From Eledone cirrhosa (Eukaryota), in the NCBI GenBank assembly GCA_964016885.1, contig OZ024766.1, positions 310,001-374,000 of the forward strand: 64,000 bases of DNA, given 5' to 3'. A program made the position numbers and the translations under genes. Position 1 is the stretch's first letter. Each line of letters begins with the position of its first letter. Below are positions 1 to 11,029 of the stretch, in pieces. Under the pieces are notes generated by a model that saw only the letters and a list, made by a program, of their open reading frames with translations, ran no database searches and was not told the DNA's origin.

Positions 1-252
1 GTTCTTGCACACTTGATGACTTTGTTGACGTTTGAATGAGAGCATATGTTGGCAATAAAGTCAAGCCAACAATACAAAATAGCAATGGGTAGGTTGTATT
101 CAGCAATAAATCTGCTCAGTTTCAGCTCAGCTGATGCTATTTTCGTTAAGTGAACATATCATTATGAAATCTGTCACTTTCATTGTTTGTTTCACTACTT
201 TCACATTCTTTTGGTGTTTTTCAGTCCCTTTATGCCTTACTATTTCACTTAA

Positions 253-725
253 CCCTTTAGCATTCACATTACTCTATATATACTATTATATTTTCATGGT
301 AAAGGCTTTACCTCACATAATATCTCACATAACATTTACATTACTCTATATATACTATTGTATTTTCACAGTAAAGGCTTTATCTCACATAACATTTACA
401 TTACTCTATATATACTATTGTATTTTCACAGTCAAGGCTTTATCTCGCATATCTCTCATAACATTTACATTACTCTATATATACTATTGTATTGTCACAG
501 TAAAGGCTTTACCTCACATAATACCTCACATAACATTTACATTACTCTATATATACTATTATATGTTCATGGTAAAGGCTTTACCGCACATAATTATCTC
601 ACATAACATTGAATCTATGAGATTTTGAAAGTATTTATTTTGAGAACAATACCTTAACATCAGTTTGAGCGACCGGTTACAGCCAGTTTCAACAGAAAGA
701 GGTGGCCGGTTTGAACACTAAAGGG
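253..725 (+). mobile_element. piggyBac-type MITE with 5 internal 60-72 bp tandem units
   Basis: TTAA at 249-252 and 726-729. Terminal inverted repeats CCCTTTAGCATTCA / TGAACACTAAAGGG. Internal unit 'cattactctatatatactattgtattttcacagtaaaggctttatctcacat' starts near 267, 339, 399, 468, 540. Confidence 0.85.
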
Positions 726-959
726 TTAAGCTACCAGCTATATCAGAATTACACAATTTACTGGTCCTCTTGCCAGTTGGTTTTGCCCATAAAATCTATT
801 CAGTAATTATTTCCTGAGACATTCTGGCCACAAGTCCATAGTATTTGAACCATGATATCTTAATTTCGTGAACTAGTGGCTCTACATGGAACAACTCTCT
901 GATCTCTGACGTTATGCATTCTATCAAGTTATGTTACCCCAAGGCACTCTAAATCTGAG

Positions 960-1230
960 TGGAGTTCCACTGAAGCAGGTGAAGAAGTTCAAGTATGTTA
1001 GAACTGTGTTCACAAGTGATGGAAGACAGGAGGCTGAGTGAAATGTAAGAATTGCAGGAGCTGGTGCAGTAATGTGCTAGGTGAGGTAGGTGTAAAGGGC
1101 AAACTCTCTATCTTCAGTTCGATATTCATGCCAACACTAACATTGGGTAATGACTGAAAGAATATGATCCCAAGTACAAGCATCTGATGTGGAGTTCCCC
1201 TGAAGGGACTTTGCAGTGAAATTACAGATA
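960..1230 (+). mobile_element. Decayed RTE-clade LINE fragment (post-RT region)
   Basis: Reads LKQVKKFKYVRTVFTSDGRQEAE*NVRIAGAGAVM, resembling the FKYLG..FTSDG...RI..A...M motif of RTE/Expander ORFs. Contains stops. Confidence 0.6.
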
Positions 1231-1344
1231 TAAATACAATTTATATAATGTATAATGAAAAACTAATAAATTATTTACTAAAGAAACAAATCAATAAAAA
1301 AAAAGGCAGTTTCCCAGTGAGTTTCTGAGAGAAGAGAAGACATG

Positions 1345-1700
1345 GCATTGCCTCAGGTGATAGAGGGTCACAGAGTTATACACTTCAACAGGGAATGTTG
1401 ATGTACCCTATACATTTCTGAGATAAGACAGCATTATCTCAGGGGAAAGAGGGTCCCTCATTTACACACTACAACAGGGAATGTTGATGTTGCCCTATAA
1501 ATTTATGAGATAAGACAGCATTATCTCAGGGGAAAGAGGGTCCCTCATTTACACACTACAACAGGGAATGTTGATGTTGCCCTATAAATTTCTGAGATAA
1601 GACAGCATTATCTCAGGGGAAAGAGGGTCCCTCATTTACACACTACAACAGGGAATGTTGATGTTGCCCTATAAATTTCTGAGATAAGACAGCATTATCT
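1345..1700. repeat. 87-bp minisatellite, about 4 copies
   Basis: 'acaacagggaatgttgatg' recurs at 1471, 1558 and 1645, with a degenerate copy near 1385. Confidence 0.9.
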
Positions 1701-2019
1701 CACTGTAAAGTGGTTGTGGAGGTGCCACGGTTAAAAAAGCACCCAGCCCACACTGTAAAGTGGTTGTGGAGGTGCCACGGTTAAAAAAGCACCCAGCCCA
1801 CACTGTAAAGTGGTTGTGGAGGTGCCACGGTTAAAAAAGCACCCAGCCCACACTGTAAAGTGGTTGTGGAGGTGCCACGGTTAAAAAAGCACCCAGCACC
1901 CACTGTAAATGAGGTTGGTGTTAGGAAGGGCATCCAGCTGTAGAAATCAAGCCAGAATCAGTTCTCGTCCCACCCTTGCAAGCAGGGAAAAGTGGACGTA
2001 AAATGATGATGATGATGAT
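1701..2019 (+). mobile_element. 5'-truncated RTE 3' UTR/tail with four 50-bp tandem units
   Basis: 'cactgtaaagtggttgtggaggtgccacgg..' at 1701, 1751, 1801 and 1851. Then 'ggtgttaggaagggcatccagctgtagaaa..ggacgtaaaat(gat)n', the same tail as the RTE at 47.5-50.4 kb. Confidence 0.8.
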
Positions 2020-2118
2020 TACAGGAAAAAGTTTTCCCACATATTTTACAGTAATATCGTTTCTCTCCAGTGTGTTATTTTGTAACTTCTCCAGACAAAA
2101 GATTTCCCACATATTTCA

Positions 2119-2214
<96 letters not shown>

Positions 2215-3444
2215 TTATCCAGTGTGTGTTCTTTCATGTTCAGTCAAACTAAATCGATGTGCAAAAGATTTCCCACATATTTCACAGTGATAGGGTTTCT
2301 CTCCAGTATGTGTTCTTTTATGTCTAGTCAAGTCACTGGTCTTAACAAATGTTTTCCCACATATTTCACAGTGATAGGGTTTCTCTCCAGTGTGTGTTCT
2401 TCTGTGTGTAGTCAAATGACCACTATCTACAAATGATTTCCCACATATTTCACAGTGATAGGGTTTCTCTCCAGTGTGTGTTCTTTTATGTCTAGTCAAA
2501 TCACTGGTCTTAACAAAATATTTCCCACATATTTCACAGTCATAAGGTTTCTCTCCAGTATGTGTTCTTCTGTGTATATTCAAATTACTGCTGCTGGAAA
2601 AGGATTTCCCACATATTTCACAGTGATAGGGTCTCTCTCCAGTGTGAGATCTTTTGTGCTGTGTCAAATGACTGCTTTGCGCAAATGCTTTCCCACATAT
2701 TTCACAATGGAAGTGCTTCTCTCCAGTGTGTGTGCTATAGTGAACTACAAGGTGACCATTTACAGCAAATGTTTTCCTACATATTTCACAGTGGAAGGGT
2801 TTCTCTCCAGTGTGTGTTCTTCTGTGTGTAGTCAAATGACCACTATTTACAAATGATTTCCCACATATTTCACAGTGATAGGGTTTCTCTCTAGTATGTG
2901 TTCTTTTATGTCTAGTCAAATCACTGGTCTTAACAAAATATTTCCCACATATTTCACAGTCATAAGGTTTCTCTCCAGTATGTGTTCTTCTGTGTATATT
3001 CAAATTACTGCTGCTGGAAAAGGATTTCCCACATATTTCACAGTGATAGGGTCTCTCTCCAGTGTGAGATCTTTTGTGCTGTGTCAAATGACTGTTTTGC
3101 GCAAATGCTTTCCCACATATTTCACAATGGAAGTGCTTCTCTCCAGTGTGTGTTCTATAGTGAACTACAAGGTGAGCATTTGCAGCAAATGTTTTCCCAC
3201 ATATTTCACAGTGGAAGGGTTTATCTTTAATATGTATGAGTTTGTGTGTGGATACTTCATCTTCTGATGAGAAAGTTTTCCTACAAATCTTACAGCTATA
3301 TTCAGGAATATTTCTGTGAAATGATCCTTGTCCAGTACATGTTTCACTAGATAAAGGTTTCTCACCACTGTATGTCTGTGTAACTGTATCTATATTGGTA
3401 GAAACAGGTGTGGTAGAAATGTCCAAGGGTTTAACGTCCTCCAT
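2215..3444 (-). CDS. C2H2 zinc-finger protein, 409 aa, 13 fingers (ZF1, CEICGK type)
   Basis: ATG-initiated ORF with tandem CxxC-x12-Hxxx-H fingers and TGEKP linkers. The stop falls inside a linker, and decayed fingers continue to about 2020. Confidence 0.9.
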   Translation of the reverse strand: MEDVKPLDISTTPVSTNIDTVTQTYSGEKPLSSETCTGQGSFHRNIPEYSCKICRKTFSSEDEVSTHKLIHIKDKPFHCEICGKTFAANAHLVVHYRTHTGEKHFHCEICGKAFAQNSHLTQHKRSHTGERPYHCEICGKSFSSSSNLNIHRRTHTGEKPYDCEICGKYFVKTSDLTRHKRTHTREKPYHCEICGKSFVNSGHLTTHRRTHTGEKPFHCEICRKTFAVNGHLVVHYSTHTGEKHFHCEICGKAFAQSSHLTQHKRSHTGERPYHCEICGKSFSSSSNLNIHRRTHTGEKPYDCEICGKYFVKTSDLTRHKRTHTGEKPYHCEICGKSFVDSGHLTTHRRTHTGEKPYHCEICGKTFVKTSDLTRHKRTHTGEKPYHCEICGKSFAHRFSLTEHERTHTG

Positions 3445-3574
3445 AGTAATTCTTGAAGAATTATTGTAAGTTCAGGATAGATATGACTGTGTAAGACTGA
3501 TGTTGGGGTAAAAAAAAATGGTAGTGTGTCTTTAGTTGTGTTTGTATCTTAACAAATCAGGATTTGTTTACCAT

Positions 3575-3850
3575 GGAGTGTAGAAAAGTACACAATATCT
3601 GCTGTGTTAACAATACAAATAATACGTACTTTATATTTCAAGTCCAAGTGTAAAGTCAAGAAAGACCAGGAAAGCTAATTGTTCAGATGTTGGTGATTTA
3701 AACCTATTTCTCACTGTCCTGTAAAATGTGGAACAACCAATTCACGATGTAGCGTAGTTTCTCATGAAATGAAATATTTAATCATGTAGGAGATGGAACA
3801 CCTACCCTGGAACATGTAGCTCACTCTATATTATCTACAGAATATTAACT
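3575..3850 (-). promoter_or_regulatory. Conserved non-coding block upstream of CEICGK-type genes (copy at 60553-60828)
   Basis: Near-identical 275-bp sequence 5' of both ZF1 and ZF5. A regulatory or 5'-exon role is inferred from position only. Confidence 0.45.
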
Positions 3851-4344
3851 TTCACCCTAACATAAGATAATTGCTACATGAAATATAATTAGATAAATGT
3901 TATAATTAAGATAGCAGGTACGTAGTATCGTTGGTAATGCTTCACTCCCCTGAATAACACCGGTGTCAGACGTTAAAAGTCCCTGACATAATTTAATACC
4001 TTCACTTATATCAATTGTATCCAACACGTGATAAAACAAACATCACCCAGTAAAATAATTATTACGTATCAATGAAGGAGTCTCTTGCCTTGTTGCTTGA
4101 GCTGGTAGAAATAACAGCCAAGTCTCACTCTAGGTCTAGTATTACAGTATGGAGTGGGCGCTTTTTGTTGTAACACCAAAAACAACCACTTTACAGTGTG
4201 GACTGGGAATGTTTTTGCCACGTCACCAACATGACCACTGGGCGTTTTTTATCGTGTTACCCAGATTGGTGTTATGACTTCTTGGTTTTGTGTCGGGAAA
4301 AAAAAACAACAACAACTCATTGGAGGCGTTAATATGATTCGGCC

Positions 4345-4800
4345 GTTTTTTTGCATGGTACTTCTCAAAACACTTGACTGTGTCGTCAAAACATTCTGGG
4401 TACATGCTCATTAATTCATCCTTATTTTTAATTGGCGGTTGGTCTTCCATAGGCAAATCTGTCAATCCTGCTCGGGGCCGCCTTCACTTCACTGTTGATT
4501 GACACAATGTTGAGCTTTTGGCAGGTATTAAATCAGAGAATTGCAGGTCCTTCTGTGTTTTGTGAAATAAATAGAACACTTGATTTTTTTTTTTTCTCCT
4601 TTGTGCGTCCCTGTAATGGTTGTTTTGCCCAGTTGTGGAATCCTGGTACCTCCATATGCAGTCAGAACTACATCTCTTGGTGTGAGGATTACTTCTTTGA
4701 CCTTATCCTCTTGCATCGTGTTCTGGGAACATTTTTTTGTAGAGGTTGACAGGCAAGATATTACTCTTGGTTTTAGTGTCGATCTACCTGCAACAGAAAA
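4345..4800 (-). mobile_element. Ty3/Gypsy pol fragment (aspartic protease region), frameshifted
   Basis: Minus strand reads IDTKTKSNILPVNLYKK (degenerate IDTGA.xNILP), then LTAYGGTRIPQLG and ELMSMYPECFD, the usual order in Gypsy pol. Confidence 0.65.
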
Positions 4801-4914
4801 TTAATGGCATGTAATGTACTTCTTATAAATACAAAGTTTATTTTCTCTCATGATCATGTGTTTTTTTTTTTATTAACCTTTGAAATCGGGGCAATCTTTC
4901 TGCCCCACCCTGTA

Positions 4915-5250
4915 TATCCAAACCATTGAAATCTTCTTTCCTGTACACAGCGTCTGATCCCTTTTATGCCCAGTTTGTCTCAGTTCATTTACTCTTTGCT
5001 GTTCATGTATATTCCTATTACACATCCATTCGGACATGCCAGCTTCATTTCTTTCCAATCTTTGTATGTCCTCTACACACAGCAACCAGGTCTCAATACC
5101 ATGCAGGTTTGCTGTTTGTATACACACAGCAATCAGTCTGTCCTTCATTATGAGAGAAAAACCTGTAGCTAGCAGCCATAGCTCCCTGAACTTTCTCCAT
5201 CCAGTTCTCCTTCTGGCTGTTGTATTTTCAGAACACCTTCAGTTATATCA
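4915..5250 (-). mobile_element. RTE LINE fragment (C-terminal ORF region)
   Basis: TGWRKFREL..HGIETWLLCVEDIQRLERNEAGM matches the 49008-49997 ORF. Confidence 0.85.
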
Positions 5251-5944
5251 ATTCACTCCATCAATTGTATCCAACCCAAGGTAAAAGCAACAATGTCACC
5301 CAGTAAAATATAATAACAACATATCAACGAGTGAGTGTCTTACCTTTCTACTTAAACTGTTAGAAATAGCAGCCAAATCACACTCTATTTAACTCAAAGG
5401 AGTTAAATATTCGACAGTTTAGTCGTATATATTTTCCTTAGGGCCTTGTGGTGTGTGGCTGATTGTCACATTCGGTGGTGAATTGTTGTTTTTGTTTGTA
5501 ATTTCCCTTTCTTCAGCTTTCACCATATATTTAACTGGCTATATATATTTTTTGTGATTTACATTTGTGAGGTTCCTAGCAATAATTAATTGTATTTATA
5601 TCTGTGTTTATATTTTCATTTTCTAATAAACAATTTGTAATGTTATTTATACAGTTGAATTATTGTATTTATATAGAATACTAGCTGAATTATCCGGCTT
5701 TGCCCAGGTTACTGCTGTTCTTTTTCAGATTAATAAACAATAAATATGAAGATATGTTTTTTTTCTTCTCATAATTATTTCAAAATTGTAATTGTTTTTC
5801 ATAATTCATTATATAAATTATATAAATTGTATTTATATCTTAAATTTCAGTCCCTGGGTTGTTAATAAAAGATTTATATTTGAGGAATTTGTCAAGTCAA
5901 TAATTTCAACTTTTCATTATTTAAATGTCTTTTATTAACACTGT

Positions 5945-6230
5945 ATGGAAGGAACGGAAGTGGGAGTATGGGGTAGGCTGTGTGGGTGTGTATTGCGTTA
6001 AGAGGTGCCTACTGACTGTAGGTTTGTATGCAAAGCAAGTGACTGTCATGTTTTTTGAAGTTTGTGTTACAGATAGTCCAATCATTTGCATCACAGAATT
6101 CCAGGATCCTGAAGCCTTCCTCATTTCTAGTACCAAACCCATAGCCTCCATTGATTCCAACATGGCCATTAAGGGGGCCAGCAATAATTATGTAGTCACT
6201 GTTGGGTATCTGAGAGGTAGTGAGCATTAG
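5945..6230 (-). mobile_element. Internally deleted RTE LINE (AP endonuclease fragment joined to 3' UTR)
   Basis: GPLNGHVG..GFGTRNEEGFRILEFCDAND.TICNTNFKK is followed directly by 'ctacagtcagtaggcacctc', which is the 3' UTR start near 50015. Confidence 0.75.
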
Positions 6231-6346
6231 CGACTCAGAACCTGTCTTTAGTAACGCCTGGTAAAGCGGATTGGGGTGCATAAGTGGATATAATTGATAT
6301 ATATATATGTGTGTGTGCACATAGATCTATGTCATCTTTCTCTAGT

Positions 6347-6990
6347 ATCATCATCATCATCATCACCGTTTTACGTCCGTTCTTCCACGCTAGCATGGGT
6401 TAGACGGGTTGTCCTGTTGTGGGCAGTGTCCGGTCGGCTGACCATGTCTTGCTCATACAGGAACTGATTTTGGCTTGATTTCTACAGCTGGATGCCCTTC
6501 CTAACACCAACCTCATTTACAGTGAGTGCTGGGTGCTTTTTTGCCGTGGCACCTCCACGACCACTTTACAGTGAGTGCTGGGTGCTTTTTTGCCGTGGCA
6601 CCTCCACGACCACTTTACAGTGTGGGCTGGGTGCTTTTTTGCCGTGGCACCTCCACGACCACCTTGCAGTGGGAGGGTGTGGGGGCATATTGTCTATATG
6701 CTTCAGCTTGTACCCATGGGAGGTTGGGTACTCTGCATTACTGCGTGACACCAGAGGTCACGGTCGTGTGTCATCGCCCTTGAGAGGTGCAACTGGGTAA
6801 GGTCGGCCCCTATTACCTCATCCCAGGTCTTCTTGGGTCTCCCCACTCCGCGGCTTCCATTGACTTCTAGTGCTCTGCACCTTTTTATGCAGCTGTCATC
6901 CTTCATACGCATCACATGTCCATACTAACGCAACCGCATCTCCTGCACACAGCATTTGATTCCTCTTATGCTCAGTCTCTCTCTCAATTC
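6347..6990 (-). mobile_element. 5'-truncated RTE LINE with 49-bp UTR repeats and (GAT)n tail
   Basis: ORF end MMRMKDDSCIKRC..GVGRPKKTW..DRDLW, then UTR repeats, with (atc)n at 6347-6365. Confidence 0.9.
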
Positions 6991-7231
6991 TCAAAATATG
7001 CTTTGCTATATAAAATTCTTTGTCTCTAAAATAATATTTGTTTGTTCCTATGCATTCTCAAACTGCTGGACCTCCAGCACGATTTGACCGCGATGACATC
7101 ACATTGTATATGAGTGTGTGTGTTTGTGAGTTTGTTACGTACAGTAGATCTCGGAGAATTAAACACACACATACATCTACACATACAGAAACAAATAGAT
7201 ATCAGAAAGAAGAAAAAGAAACACACTCCTT

Positions 7232-7350
7232 CAATTATACCCTACAACAGGGAATGTGGGTGTTGTCCTCTAAATATTTCTTGAGGCCAGTTACATCATT
7301 ATGTCATGGGATAGAGGGTCCCTCAATTATACACTACAACAGGGAATGTA
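7232..7350. repeat. 92-bp repeat, about 1.3 copies; empty paralogous site of the 47.5-kb LINE insertion
   Basis: Matches the units at 47225-47510 and continues into the sequence found at 50368 onward. Confidence 0.8.
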
Positions 7351-7702
7351 GGTGTTGTCAAGAAATATATTTAAGAAGACAACTATCAGATATGAGAACG
7401 TCTTTAATTCCACATAAAAGTAAATAATAAAATGGAAAGCAATATTTGGAGGATGTAGAAATGCTAAGGGTTTCCCTGGAATGTTCTTGGACAATAAGTT
7501 TATATTTGTAAGGTGAAGGAATGTGTTGGAGTGTGTAATTAAAAGGTTTCCCTCCAGCATGTGTTTGTTTTTGTCTAAGTTACTGATAGGAGTCTTTTCC
7601 AGTGTTCTGTTCTGTAGTTAAATTACTTCTAAACACAAAACATTTCCCACATATTTCACAAGGAAAGACTTTCTCTCCAGTGAGTGGGCTTTTTTGTATA
7701 TT

Positions 7703-8851
7703 TTAGCTACGAATATTGACATGAGATTTCCTACATATTTTGCAGTGAAAGGGTTTCACGCCTGTAGTTAAGTGACTTGACTGAGAGAATGTTTTACCGC
7801 AGATATCGCAGTGATATGGTTTCTCTCCTGTATGGATACATTTGTGTCTACTTAAGCTATATGACCGAGAGAATGATTTACCACAGATATCACAGTGGTG
7901 TGGTTTCTCTCCTGTATGGATATATTTGTGTTTGCTTAAGTTACATGACTTAGAGAATGATTTACCACAGATATCACAGTGATGAGGCTTCTCTCCTGTA
8001 TGACTATATTTGTGACTAGTTAATTGATCATTTCGAGAAAATGATTTACCACAGATATCACAGAGATGAGCTTTCTCACCTGTATGGATATATTTGTGTT
8101 TAGATAAGTTACCTGACTGAGAGAATGATTTATTACAGATATCACAGTGGTACAGTTTCTCTCCTGTATGGATATATTTATGTTGAGTTAAGCTATCTGA
8201 CTGAGAGAATGATTTACCACAGATATCACAGTGATAAGGTTTCTCTCCTGTATGGATATATTTGTGTTGTGTTAAGCGAATTGACTGGGAGAATGATTTA
8301 CCACAGATATCACAGTGGTGAGGCTTCTCTCCAGTATGACTATATTTGTGTTTAGTTAATTCATCATTTCGAGAGAATGATTTACCACAGATATCACAGT
8401 GATACGGTTTCTCTCCAGTATGGATATATTTGTGCCTACTTAAGTGAATTAACTGAGAGAATGATTTACCACAGATATCACAGTGATGAGGTTTCTCTCC
8501 TGTATGAATATATTTATGTTTAGATAAGTTACCCGAATGAGAGAATGATTTACCACAGATATCACAGCAGTACAGTTTCTCTCCTGTATGGATATATTTG
8601 TGTCTACTTAAGCTAGCTAACTGAGAGAATGATTTACCACAGATATCACAGTGGTATGGTTTTTCTCCTGCATGACTATAATTGTGTTTAGATAAATAAT
8701 CACCTTGAGCAACTGATTTACCACCGATATCACAGTGAAATGGTTTCTCTTCTGTATGACTATATTTATGTTGAGTTAAGTCATCAGCTCGAGAGAATGA
8801 TTTACCACAGATATCACAGTGGTAAGATAATTTTTCATTCCTCTTCGACAT
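7703..8851 (-). CDS. C2H2 zinc-finger protein, 382 aa, about 11 intact plus 3 degenerate fingers (ZF2, CDICGK type)
   Basis: Tandem fingers with TGEKP linkers. Finger 2 has C>G (CDIGGK) and the last two fingers are truncated. Candidate splice acceptor TTTCAG at 9188-9190. Confidence 0.88.
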   Translation of the reverse strand: MSKRNEKLSYHCDICGKSFSRADDLTQHKYSHTEEKPFHCDIGGKSVAQGDYLSKHNYSHAGEKPYHCDICGKSFSQLASLSRHKYIHTGEKLYCCDICGKSFSHSGNLSKHKYIHTGEKPHHCDICGKSFSQLIHLSRHKYIHTGEKPYHCDICGKSFSRNDELTKHKYSHTGEKPHHCDICGKSFSQSIRLTQHKYIHTGEKPYHCDICGKSFSQSDSLTQHKYIHTGEKLYHCDICNKSFSQSGNLSKHKYIHTGEKAHLCDICGKSFSRNDQLTSHKYSHTGEKPHHCDICGKSFSKSCNLSKHKYIHTGEKPHHCDICGKSFSRSYSLSRHKCIHTGEKPYHCDICGKTFSQSSHLTTGVKPFHCKICRKSHVNIRS

Positions 8852-9335
8852 CTCTTTTTTTCTTGTTCTTCTTTTTATAGTTTATTTCTAACAAATATTT
8901 CCATCAACTTTGATCTTCGTTGACACCTGAAAATGATACAAATTCCTTTATAGATTTACCCAAGTTTAATAAGAATACAATATCTTCTTGTACACTTTCC
9001 AGATAGTGAGGAGATAAAATATTTAATCAACCTCAGTTCAGAAGAAATATTTCACTGTAAGTCACCAAATGCTGACATAAAAGGACTTTTGTCAATTTTG
9101 TGTAAAATCTTGTGTTAGTTTCTGAAAGATGATATTGTTGATGTATCCGAAGTAACAATTTCTCTTCTGTCAACATCTTGGGATATTCTGAAATAACAGA
9201 GAAAACAAAATAAGATATGGAGCATGTTGAAATGTGATTCAATAATGGAAATTTTACATTTCTATATTGAGAAACTATATATATAAACTTTCAGCTGAAT
9301 AATTAAACTTTTCAATTGTATCACCTCCATCTTAA

Positions 9336-9614
9336 CCCTTCAGTGTTCAAACTGGCCAAAACCGGCCAGATTTCTCTACCTCTTTCTGTTGAAACTGGCT
9401 GTAACTGGTCACTCAAACTGATGTTAAGTTATTGTTCTCAAAATAAATACTTTCAAAATCTCATAGATTCGATATTATGTGAGGTAAAGCCTTTACCATG
9501 AAAATATAATAGTATATATAGAGTAATGTATATGTTATGTGAGATATTATGTGAGGTAAAGCCTTTACCATGAAAATACAATAGTATATATAGAGTAATG
9601 TGAATGCTAAAGGT
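9336..9614 (-). mobile_element. piggyBac-type MITE (2 internal units)
   Basis: TTAA at 9332-9335 and 9615-9618. Reverse complement of the 253-725 element. Confidence 0.85.
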
Positions 9615-9662
9615 TTAATGTCTAAAACTGTGTGTGTGTATATATCTTTATATATATATATA

Positions 9663-9995
9663 GTGAAGTCTTAGTGGTTATATCATTGGTCTTACAATCG
9701 TTAGGTTGAGAGTTCAATTCCCAGACTGGGCAATGTGGAAAACACTGCGTCATTGAGGAAAACACTTTATTCCACATTGCGACAGTTCACTCAGCTGTAG
9801 AAATGAGTTGTGATGTCATTAGTGTCAGTCATTGCCTTTCCTTTGGACAACATCAGAGGCATGGAGAGGGGAGACTGGTGTACGTAGGTAACTACTGGAC
9901 GGCCAGAAAAGGAAATAAAAACAAAAACATTTTGCTGCCTTGAAGGGGAACTCTCAAGGTTTAAATCACAGTCACTTGTGACCAAAGGGATGTCT
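9663..9995 (+). mobile_element. tRNA-derived CORE-like SINE, degenerate
   Basis: A/B-box-like 'cttagtggtt' and 'gagttcaattccc', then 'cactttattccacattgc..cactcagctgtagaaatgag', shared with the 40281 copy. Confidence 0.65.
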
Positions 9996-10064
9996 TTTTT
10001 TTTTTTACCCTGTATATATATCATCATTTAACATCCATCTTCCACGCAAGCATGGGTTAGACGA

Positions 10065-10255
10065 TGTGTGTGTTTTCATGCGTGTGTACATGTATATGTG
10101 TGTATGCGTGTGTACATGTATATGTGTGTGTACATGTATATGTGTGTATGCGTGTGTACATGTATATGTGTGTATGCATGTGTTTGTACGTATATATATG
10201 CGCGTGTGTGTATATTTATATGTATGTATGTGTATATATATATTTATATGTATAT
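10065..10255. repeat. Compound TG/TA microsatellite with a 26-bp higher unit
   Basis: 'gcgtgtgtacatgtatatgtgtgtat' is repeated. Confidence 0.9.
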
Positions 10256-10339
10256 TTCTATTTCTCAATATTCATTTTTATATACACACGAATGTTTTTA
10301 TATTTTACTTTATTAACTGTCTGTTTTTGTTTTTTTTTA

Positions 10340-10775
10340 TACATATGTGGTAGTGAGACATGGGCAGCAACTGCAGAGGATATGCGACGGCTGGAGAGAA
10401 ATGAGGCAAGCATGCTCCGTTGGATGTGCAATGTCAATGTGCAGGAACGACCCACCATGGACGTGTTGAGAGAGAAACTTTGTCTGAGAGGGATAGAATG
10501 TAGTGTACGAGAGAGGAGACTGAGGTGGTATGGACATGTGATGCGCATGGAGGATGACTGATGCGTGAAGAAGTGCCAGGAAATGCCAGTTGAAGGAAGA
10601 CGTGGTAGAGGTAGACCACGAAAAACATGGGCGGAGGTGGTGAGAACAGACCTCAGATCATTGAAGCTCACGGTGGAGATGACGAGGGACCGTGACGAGT
10701 GGAGAGATGCTGTACTGAATAAGACCCGTCCTACCCTTGCAAGCAGGGAAAAGCAGACGTAAAATGATGATGATG
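10340..10775 (+). mobile_element. 5'-truncated RTE LINE, short-UTR subfamily
   Basis: GSETWAATAEDMRRLERNEASMLRWMC..RLRWYGHV..*..GRGRPRKTW..DRDEWR, ending 'gacgtaaaatgatgatgatg'. Confidence 0.9.
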
Positions 10776-11029
10776 TGGGTCCACATACTTATTGATACTG
10801 CCTTTTTGTTGTTTTTTTTACACATGTGGTTGTATACGTGTGTGTGTGTGTAGTTATTTCACCGTAAAAGTCAAACGGAGTTTCACAGATCCACACCCCT
10901 CCACGTTTGGTGAGAAATAATTATTCTTTCTAGTTTTTGTTTTTTTGTTTCCGTGTGCTATCAACTAATCTGACCCCCAAGGTGCTCCCAATCATCTTTT
11001 TCTCCCGATAAAAATCGATTGTGAGAATC

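Noticed and set aside
134-628. 164-aa hydrophobic ORF
   Set aside because: It is read-through of MITE internal tandem repeats and has no protein features.
5680-5712. Helitron-like 3' ends (CTAG plus GC-rich stem; also about 41460-41476)
   Set aside because: Only short motifs; no 5' end or second copy could be identified.
8852-9187. N-terminal coding extension of CDICGK-type genes (also 42874-43291 and 52051-52437)
   Set aside because: The sequence is conserved, but stops or frameshifts block an in-frame extension in all three copies. Treated as 5' UTR or decayed coding sequence.
10005-10353. His/Thr- and Cys/Val-rich ORFs
   Set aside because: These are translations of TG/TA microsatellite.
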